NCBI GenBank assembly: GCA_002245135.1
Contig: NGBS01001208.1
Coordinates: forward strand, 1 to 47,693
Length of the DNA stretch: 47,693 bases
Direction: 5' to 3'
DNA from: Proteromonas lacertae
Lineage: Eukaryota
Positions 38,865-47,693 of this stretch are shown piece by piece. Below the pieces are notes generated by a model. The model searched no databases, was not told where the DNA came from, and saw only the letters and a program-made list of their open reading frames with translations. The stretch's first letter is position 1, and every line of letters begins with the position of its first letter. Made by a program: the position numbers and the translations under genes.

Positions 38865-40519
38865 ATGATAGATATGGAAAGTTCCGATGAAGGTGAATGC
38901 GCAAGCTGTAAAAGGAATTGCAAAATAAAAATAAGTATAAAATTAAAAGTATACTTTGAGTAGAATACAGTGAAAATGTATTGGAAAGTGATAATATGTT
39001 CAAATATCCCGTGAATGGAAGTGATACGAGTGAAGTTAGTTTAAAGTGTGTGTTAAAATCAGCTAAAGAAGCTGGTAGATCTGAGTGTGAGTGTTTTAAA
39101 GATATTGAAGAGAAAAGCTATGAAAATGTGAAAAAGATAACAATAGAATGTATAAATATATATTATTTAATAATAACTAAATAGTCACAAATGGATGTGA
39201 TAAATGCATAGAATGTTTAAATAGTGTATTGAAGAAGTGTGAAAAAGTAGAACATATATCGTTACATCATTTTTACTATAAGAATGGTTATATTAAATCG
39301 TTATTTGAAGATGTAGATTTCTCCAATATAAAAACGCTTGAATTATATAATGTTGTAACATTAGATGAAAGTGCCAATATTGGTGATGAATTGAAAGATA
39401 AAATGAATGAGTTAAAGAATATAAAGAATATTCGTTTTGATGCAATATCGTATAAAAGTGTAGAAAAAATCTTCAGTTTATTATCAAATAAAGATAATGT
39501 AGAAAGTATTGAATTGGCTAATATTGGAATAAAAAATGATAAATTATGTGATGAGATTAACAAATTCCAAAATCTAAAGAGATTTAATTTTAGTGATAAT
39601 CCTATAAAGAGAAGTATAATGGTTGATTTAATAAGAAAACTTCCAAATGGAATTGAAACAATAAATTTTGATGAATTATATAATTTATATGATGTAGATG
39701 ATGAAAATGAAATAGTGAGTAATGGAGCCGAAGAATTAATAAAAAGAGATAACCAAAATTTAAAAAGACTTAGTTTGAGAAACAGCAGTGGATATATAAA
39801 AAGTGTTCATATAATAATTGATAATTTAGACAAGTTTAGTGAATTGATCGAATTTCGATTTGATTATAATCGAGTTAGTGGATTAGATATAAATAAATTA
39901 TGTATAAATCTAAAGAAATTAAAAAATTTAGAAGTTGTCAGTTTAATGAAATGTAATATGTGTGATAAGCCATTTGAAGAGTTATGTAAGAGTTTATGTG
40001 AAGTTGCAAAGTTAAAAGAATTATATATAAGTGGTAATACAATTAGTGATATAAATCCATTAATTGATAGTATAAACAAATATAAATGTTTAGAATACTT
40101 ATGTATGTGTGGAGAAGATATAAAATATGAAGATATAACTAAATTGCTAAATAATATATCGAAGTTAGATAAGTTTAAAAGAATGAAATTTGATAGTATA
40201 TATATAATTTATAATTATTATATAATATGTAGAAATAAAATTAAGTAAATGCGAACTTATTGACTTAGAAAAGAAAGTAGAAGAATTGAAGAAAAAGAAT
40301 ATAGAAATTATATATGAAAAAGTAAAAATAACTGATAATAAAGATAAATTAAAATATAATATAGAATATATACAATCATATCGAAGTGGATTTATGTATG
40401 GATTTTGTGGTTTAAGTTATGAAGATAATTACTATAAGTATGGTACTAAAGAAAGTATAAATGGATTTTATGATGGTTATGATGATGGTGAAGAATATAA
40501 AGAAGAAAGTTTAAACTAA
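38865..40519 (+). CDS. Ribonuclease-inhibitor-type leucine-rich repeat protein (~517 aa)
   Basis: join(38865..38934, 38964..39149, 39185..40195, 40233..40519), with 29-, 35- and 37-nt GT-AG introns, is in frame. LRR units include NLKRFNFSDNPI, NLKRLSLRNS and KLKELYISGNTISD. The start is uncertain: an upstream ATG at 38789 would join only through a 1-nt frameshift. Confidence 0.75.
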
Positions 40520-40611
40520 TTACTATTATTATATTAATGTCTACATATGTTTTTTTGTTTTTTTGTTTTATTAACTATTTTAAAGTTGAGCTAGGCAAAG
40601 GACTTCCTTTT

Positions 40612-40917
40612 ATGTTTTGTCACAAAGTACCTAATGCACAATAATCACCTTCTGAACATAATAAACTTTCTTTCTTCTACAATTATTAAACCATTCTTAT
40701 CACATAAATAACCATTAGCACATTCTTACATAAGGTGCAGATCAACCAGCATATGGACATATTTTACAAAAATCACATTCTGTACAAAATCTGTTAGAAA
40801 TACCATGAGTATCAAGTCGAAAAGTACCAGTGGATATGGAGTTGGTTATACCGAACCACTTGGACAATAATAACCTGAACTACATTCACCTGATGGTTGA
40901 GTTAATCCTTGTAAATC
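40612..40917 (-). pseudogene. Decayed inverted copy of an internal segment (~11348-11715) of the giant Cys-repeat gene
   Basis: The reverse complement contains CAAGGATTAACTCAACCATCAGGTGAATGTAGTTCAGGTTATTATTG, CGACTTGATACTCATGGTA and GGTTATTTATGTGATAAGAATGGTTTA, matching 11354-11635. It carries stops, indels and a ~57-bp deletion. Confidence 0.9.
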
Positions 40918-41129
40918 TTGTCTCAACCATCAGAATATTTGCCAGTGACCTGCAGTAACTATTAGCTAATATAACGAATAATCCTCTAGCTTTACTATTA
41001 AATTTTAGAGGAGTTAGAAGAATATAGGTCATAAAAAGATGTTTAAGAAGTAGTATCCTATATTTTATAGTAATTTATATGCTACAAATAGCAACAAAAA
41101 AGGAATAAAGTAGATTTTAATACATTTAG

Positions 41130-41215
41130 CTTGATATGTTTGACCAACAGAAGGTCAAGACCAAACCGATAGTTTCAACCACATATTCATATGCAGACCT
41201 ACTTATACAACCCTG
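41130..41215 (-). mobile_element. Right-hand TIR end of the same hAT-like family
   Basis: ACCTACTTATACAACCCTG (ending 41215) is an 18/19 inverted match to 35863-35881. Subterminal TTGACC and GGTCAA motifs are present. Confidence 0.7.
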
Positions 41216-41289
41216 AATGTAATTGTATTTAATTATTTTCACTCATATTTTATCCCATTTTATATCTAACAAACTTTAATAATGATTTA

Positions 41290-42830
41290 ATACTGCCACT
41301 CTTGTAGCAAATATTACCCAACGAGATATACTCCAGTTTGGAATAAATACTTTCTTCTATATTCAGCTATTGCATTTTGAGCAATTGTGCCTTGATCTTG
41401 ACCTAATGAAATACTAAATAGTTTCTTAGATACATTTTATCAGCTAATTTCAATAATTCATTCATTGGGGCAGCACCTGGAAATAATATGAAGATTAATG
41501 CAGCACAACAGTTAGAATCATTATAACAAGCCATTAAATCACTACTTGGAATTTCAATGAATTTTCTACCATTAATTCATCAATTTCTGTGATTGGATCA
41601 CTACTGAAATAAATAGCTTCCCTTTTTTCTAATTCCTTCTAAAATCGAACATTAAACTTCTCCATTCCTTGAATCTTTGATAAACCAATTATTTCATTCC
41701 AACTTTTATCACTTAACCATTTTGGTCCTTTTGTTACTGGATTGGATTCTTCAAATGTCAAAGCAGTATTACCTGTTAATAAATATCTAAAGGCAGCTGG
41801 ATCTAATTCATTATTGATTAACAATATCTTTGTACATAATAAGAACGAGAATAATAACTTATCTTTTTCAAATAAAGATCGACATACATTCTCATCTAAT
41901 ATATAAGTGAATGTATTATTCAAACTATTCAATCGATCTCTGATTTTATTAGTTCTTACAGCTTTATCAATTGATAATAAGAATAGATTAATATACCAAT
42001 CCAATGAATATTGGCTCAATACCAGTTAAATCAGTAATACAGAAGAATAAAACTTATACTCTTTCTGCTACTGGAATATAACTTGTTCGAACATGGGATA
42101 TTTGTTGTTGTGTTGCTTCAGCACTCTTTACAGCTACCATAATCTCATTGGAGGTTTGTTTGGATTTAGCTAAAGTATCAATCAACTTTTCATCTTCTAA
42201 TATATCACCTTCAGATGAAGCTAATAAATGTAAAATTTGATCTTCAATATCTTTCAATGTCTTTTTATATTCGGCAACTTTCATTAACAATTCGACTCAT
42301 CTTTCTTCTAATTCTCTTTGTACTTTTCCTACTAATATACCTAATAATTGATCTTGTAAACCTTCTTGAGTTGTCATAAAGTTCAATAAATTCACTTTTA
42401 CACAAGTTTAAGGTGGATAATGTGGATTTCTTAATCTTGTCGTTATATATAATCGGAATTTTTCATCATAATTTACTGTATTATCATCTAACAATTAGCT
42501 TGTCATTTTGGATCTATCATAAATGGCCATCTATTTGAATTTCTTAATATTATGCCACTCTCTTATGGCTATTACATCTCCTAATATAACAACTAATGAA
42601 TAACTTGTAAACTAGCTCAATAATCAGTTCATCGACTAGTTTTTCTAAATCTTCTTTCTTTTTTATTATGTTTTCTAATTCTTCTTATAAGGGTTGTATT
42701 TGATCAACTAATTCTTTCAATTCACCTCGTTTAGTGGTTAATTGACCTTCGGCTTTCACTTTTGTAGTTTGAGCTTTTTCTAAGGTTTATCTCTTTGGTA
42801 CTATTACTTCCTTAATATCATAATATCTCT
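41290..42830 (-). pseudogene. Axonemal (inner-arm-like) dynein heavy chain pseudogene fragment (stalk to AAA5/AAA6 region)
   Basis: Peptides YITTRLRNPHYPP*TCVKVNLLNFMTTQEGLQDQLLG, LKDIEDQILHLLASSEGDILEDE, QYSLDWYINLF, NVCRSLFEKDKLLFSFLL, LIFILFPGAAP and SISLGQDQG. In-frame TAA at 42408-42410, plus frameshifts and large deletions. Confidence 0.9.
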
Positions 42831-43118
42831 TGTTATTAATATAAATAGTTATTTAAACAAATCATCTGATTATGAAACTATTTACAATATCATAAATCCA
42901 ATAATATAATACATTACTTGACTAATTATTTCTTTAAAATTCTTTATATTTATAATACATAAACAGAATGAATGTTTGTAAAGAGATTTGATTGAATGGC
43001 TTGATTGATTAATGAAACGGACAAAAACATTTAGTTATAAACCGTTTTTGTTTATATCTCATCAGTAATCACTTTTACGACTATTATTATAGTATATATT
43101 TATTAATTGATTAAATAG

Positions 43119-46100
43119 GTGACGGTTTAATCTATATGGGTTTACTAGGTAGTAAAGAAAGTATGTTATATGAAAAGGTTAGTAAAGAGAAAGGAAGAAT
43201 GAAGTGTATAGATAATCCAACAAGCTTCATATACCAACAAGAAATTTCGAACAATGTTTATGTTGTTGAGTATAGAATTATAAAGATAAAAGAAGAAATG
43301 TTCTTAGGGTATTCAGAAGGATGTGATGAGAAGAAAAATAGCGTGGCTGTATTAACCAATAATTGTGTTAAATATGGTGAAAAAAAATATAAATGTGAAG
43401 GTCTATTATGTGATGGAGAAGTATATGAAGTAGAATACAATATGTATGAAAAGAAAATATAGCAAGTATATATGTGAATGATATGCCAAATACTATATAT
43501 CCATTATTTTCATTGTTGATAAAAATGATGAGATTAAAATCGAGAAATGTTACATAAAAGATGCTGTGAAGAGAGTAAGACCACCAAGTGATGTTGGTGG
43601 AATAACAAAAAGACAAAAAACTGAAGATATATCTGAAAATGGTGTTTATGCTGAATTGTATGAGAAGAATGATGAAAGTAGTTTTGATCAACCACCAAGT
43701 GTAAGTTCAAAACCAGTTCCACCACTTCTTTCTTCTGCTAAGAATCATCCTCAAGTTGAAGATAGAAGCAGCTGCAAAGAAGGAAATTATGAAGATATAA
43801 TTAGTATGATATACAAAGGGGAAAAAGTTTACAGTTAAGTGAGGATGAATTACTGGATATTATAAGTCGTTTACGTCTAGATAGTGATAAAGGTGGTGAT
43901 AGAAGTGATGGCATTATTCTCAACAATACAAATATTCCAATTTCTTTCCATTAGCAGGTGTTGCTATAAATAAAGAAGATGCTTTCATCAGAATAGTAAA
44001 TTCTTTAAAATTAAATGTAGATAATGGTATAGAGTTGTTAGAATTTGATGAATCTGTAAATGTATTTCAATTCCCCAAAAAGAGAATTCTTATTAGAGAA
44101 TGTTATAAACAAATGTTTAGACATATTTGTTTATTATTATCAAAACAATCTAAGCAGAATATAACAATAGAAGGACAACCAGGTATAGGAAAGACTTCCT
44201 TCATTTATGCATTATTATACTTTTTAAAGACAAATTTATGTAAAGAATATACTGAAGAGCAGAAGAATTACTTAAAGATTCAAGGATATACACATGAAAT
44301 GGCTGTCATGGATGAAATAATAAGAAAATATGATAAAGAAAATGAACCAAAAATAAGAAAATTGAATGAAGAAATCGAAAATTTAACAAAAGAAAACAAT
44401 AAAAAGAATATAAATGAAAATGATATTACAGAAGTAAACAATATTATTTGTAAAGATTTGAAAAGTATAACAGAAGATACATTTGGATATAAAATTCATT
44501 AATGAGAATAGAATTAGATGTGATAGCATTATGAATAGTTTAATAACGATAACAACAGTATTATAAAACATTGTAATGGTAAGATTATGCAAAATTGAAC
44601 GAAATTATAGAATTATTATTACCATCAGGAAGACTTAGTAAATTCCTTTCTTCAAAAGATGTTACCATCGAAGTAAAAAAAATAGATGAATATTGTTGTT
44701 ACATTATGAATGAAGATGATAGACTTAATACATTAAATAAAATCAATACAAGGATATGACATTGGTTGGATATGCATTGATAAGTATAATTAGATAAATT
44801 AAATGAGATTAATAAAATATTATTAGAAAAAGAAGTAAATCAATACAATATTTATAAACTACGAAAAGAAATAATGATAATTGATGAACTTAATAATACA
44901 AAGAATAGCATGAAAAGAAACCTACAAAATATTCAAGACAGGATTAATGAAATAGAGAAGCAAAAAGAAGAAGTAGATAAAGTAAAGGATGATGAATTAG
45001 AAACTAGTGAAATAGAATTGAAAATTGGATTTAATCATTACATTTGAAGGTGAATGGAGAAATAGACCAATATATGTAATAAAAGGAAAAAAGAAGGATT
45101 TTATAAGGATGAAAGAATTTATGAATTTAAATATGATGAGAGTAAAAATGATTACATTCTAGTGAAACGTGAAATGACAATTGAAGATATTGTAAATACA
45201 ACAGAATCAATAATAATAGTTGATACAATTAATTATGAGCACATTGGGAAAAGAAATGCAATTATCTCAATTAGTTCACCAGATAGTGATAATAATGATT
45301 GTTATAATGGTAGTAAAGAATTATATTTTGATTCATTAGATAATGAAGAAATAGCAGAGTGGTTTAAAGAATGTGCAGATGTTAATTTTGGTAATAATGT
45401 TAGAATTGATGATTATGTTAAAAGTAAACAATTTAAAGATGTTTGTGATAGATATGGTAATATCCCAAGACAGATTTATTTTGATTATTTATATAAGAAA
45501 ATTATGATGGTAAAGATTATTGGAAATATTATCAACAATTAATGAATAGTGTAGTTGGTACAACAGGATTTAATGAATTTCTGAATCTATATTCAAATAG
45601 AGAGATTTAAAAAGTAAACCATTATCCAATATATTATTAAAATATTACATGAAATTAGAATGGGATGATGATTTAAGAGATTATATATTGAAACCAAAGA
45701 AGAATTTAAAATTCATATCTGATGATATTGAAAAATATATTATTTCCAGATTCTATCCACCAAATAATGATACAGAGTATAAGAGTATAAGAAATAGTTA
45801 TACACCTCTAAATAAGAAACCTATCAATGAAAAAACTGAAAATGATAAAAATATGGAAAAGATATGTATGAAACAAATAATATCATACAAATTGAGTAAA
45901 GGAGATATTCTATTAACTAAAGGAGATTCCAATTTCAAATATAATACTGATAAACAATTACCAGGTCATTTTCCTGTTGGTGGTTTACATTCTGTTTATC
46001 ATATATTGGATGAAAATAATGTGTTTGATTTAATAATGAATGGAGTGTTTATAAAAATAGTATTAGATGGTGAGACATTAGATGATGAAACAAAAATTAA

Positions 46101-47324
46101 GCAATCAATAAAAGTATGAAATTATATATTATAGTTAAATAGCAATACAGTTCAACGAAAAGTGGTAGATTTCAATATGCTATAATAAGAAACGAAGACA
46201 GAATTGAATCTTATCATCATATTACTATTTCATCTCCAAAAGATCCACCACCACAACCATCACCAACAATAGAAGATTTAGAAGTTGATGATAATAGTAA
46301 TTCTGAATTGGAAGAATTTATAAAAGCATTTCCTTTTGTGAATGTTAAAACTCCACTTTCCACTTCCTTTGTTTCATATCAAAAAAGAAGATGAAAATGA
46401 AATAGAAATATTTGCAAATAATAATGAATTGTTTTTGATGAGAAAATGTTATAATGAGATGTTGAGAATAATTGATGAAGGTATAAATAATACAAGTTCA
46501 CATCAAAAGACGTATTTAATATTAGGCAATAAAGGAATTGGTAAAACAGTATTAACAGATGTTATAATTGAACATATTAAAAGATTTATGAAGGAAGAAT
46601 AAATATAATATATAAATCCCAGGATGAAAATATAACAGATGAAGAATATGTTCATACAAGTGAATATACAAATGAATATATTGTTGTTGGTGATGGAGCA
46701 GTAATTGGTGAAGATGATTATCCTGATGCTAAAATGATAATATTATTAGCTAATGGATCTAAAAAGGAGTATAAAACATTTCAAAGTAAAAGATGTCCAC
46801 TTGTGATGTATATAACTCCATTTTCAAAAGAAGAAATAGAAAAAGTAATCCTTATAAATCATCCAAAATACTCTAAAAATTATGAAAAACATTATCTGAA
46901 GTTGAAAAATCTTGCAAATGCAGAAGAAATTTATCCAGAGAAAGTTAGAAAATATGTTAAAACTATAGCTTATTATAGAAATAATTATGAGTTTTGTGGT
47001 GGAATTATTGGAAATTATGATAATAATGAGATAAAAATAATTAATTCCATTAATCGTATGGATATTGTAAAAGCTAAAGAAATAATAGAAGGAGTTACTA
47101 TATCATCTCTGTCAAAGTCTGATTATGATTTTGATGATATTTTTATATACAATACATATGAAGGTGATGTTACTAAATCCGATCATCTAATGTTTGTAAC
47201 TGAAACAATAGAGAGAATGGTTATTAATGAATTATATAAAATAACTAAAAAAGATGAATGTATTGCTAGGATAGACTTACTAAATAACACTCCGAATGCT
47301 ATTATATTTAATAAAACACAGTAA
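43119..47324 (+). pseudogene. Paralogue 3 of the SPRY-like/dual-NTPase family, fragmented
   Basis: The same motifs are spread over at least 7 ORFs: YEVEYNM, VFQFP..ILIRECY, GQPGIGKT (44173), IIIVDT, ISISSP, YGNIPRQI, FYPP, FDLIMNGVFIK, GNKGIGKT (46525) and SKRCPLVMYI. Homologous intron at 46114-46142. Confidence 0.85.
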
Positions 47325-47590
47325 CAGTTTCAGAGGAAGGATTATTACTGCAATGTGTAAATGTAATGAAAAGTTCAATGATATGTATGAAGAAAAATAT
47401 AAAATGATTTCCTTTCCTAATGTAATATGTGATGAATAATCAACAGAAGAGAACTTGTTTCAAAGACATCTAAAGAAAGAGAATTTGTTATTAAGATATG
47501 TTAATCTTTATATATTAATTATTAATTGAGTTTGACTGTATTTGTTTGTCTTATTTTATTGTTTCTATACACCATACTAAAAAGAAATAA

Positions 47591-47693
47591 CAGTGATGTA
47601 TAAAATGGTCAATGACCAGGATGGTTGAATTGCTGGTCTATTGGTCATTGACCGTTAAGTGACCTTTAGGTGCTATTACTTGACCTTCTGCAT
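47591..47693 (+). mobile_element. Left TIR end of a further hAT-like element, running off the window
   Basis: Starts CAGTGATGTATAAAATGGTCA, similar to the CAG(G/T)GTTGTAT termini, and is followed by dense GGTCA/TGACC motifs. Confidence 0.6.

Noticed and set aside
43911..43954. Possible GC-AG intron in paralogue 3
   Set aside because: It lies in a frameshifted pseudogene and has no counterpart in the other paralogues, so it cannot be validated by frame restoration.

Overview
Very AT-rich eukaryotic (protist-like) DNA with tiny GT-AG introns, mostly 28-38 nt, using the standard code. PACRG and an axonemal-type dynein remnant indicate a flagellated lineage. An opalinate stramenopile such as Proteromonas would fit, but that is inference only. 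The left half (1-24.5 kb) is compact and gene-dense. It holds a coiled-coil gene, PACRG, the minor-spliceosome protein SNRNP35 (U11/U12-35K) and an intronless ~6,870-aa type-I membrane protein with ~4,800 aa of Cys-rich GCC2/GCC3-type repeats and a long coiled-coil tail. The right half (24.6-47.7 kb) is an accessory, high-turnover region. It has three paralogues (intact, nonsense-split, decayed) of a multi-domain protein built as two SPRY-like headers, a Crinkler/RHS-type P-loop NTPase, a degenerate REase-like segment and a second NTPase. Two of these are preceded by a near-identical promoter block with four phased inverted CCAAT boxes. This half also contains a ~1-kb element with a 15-bp flanking direct repeat and an unusual three-end palindromic structure, hAT-like TIR ends with a transposase remnant, an RI-type LRR gene, and decayed fragments of host genes (dynein heavy chain, an Ig-like gene, and an inverted piece of the giant gene). 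All domain calls are by eye, with no database searches.
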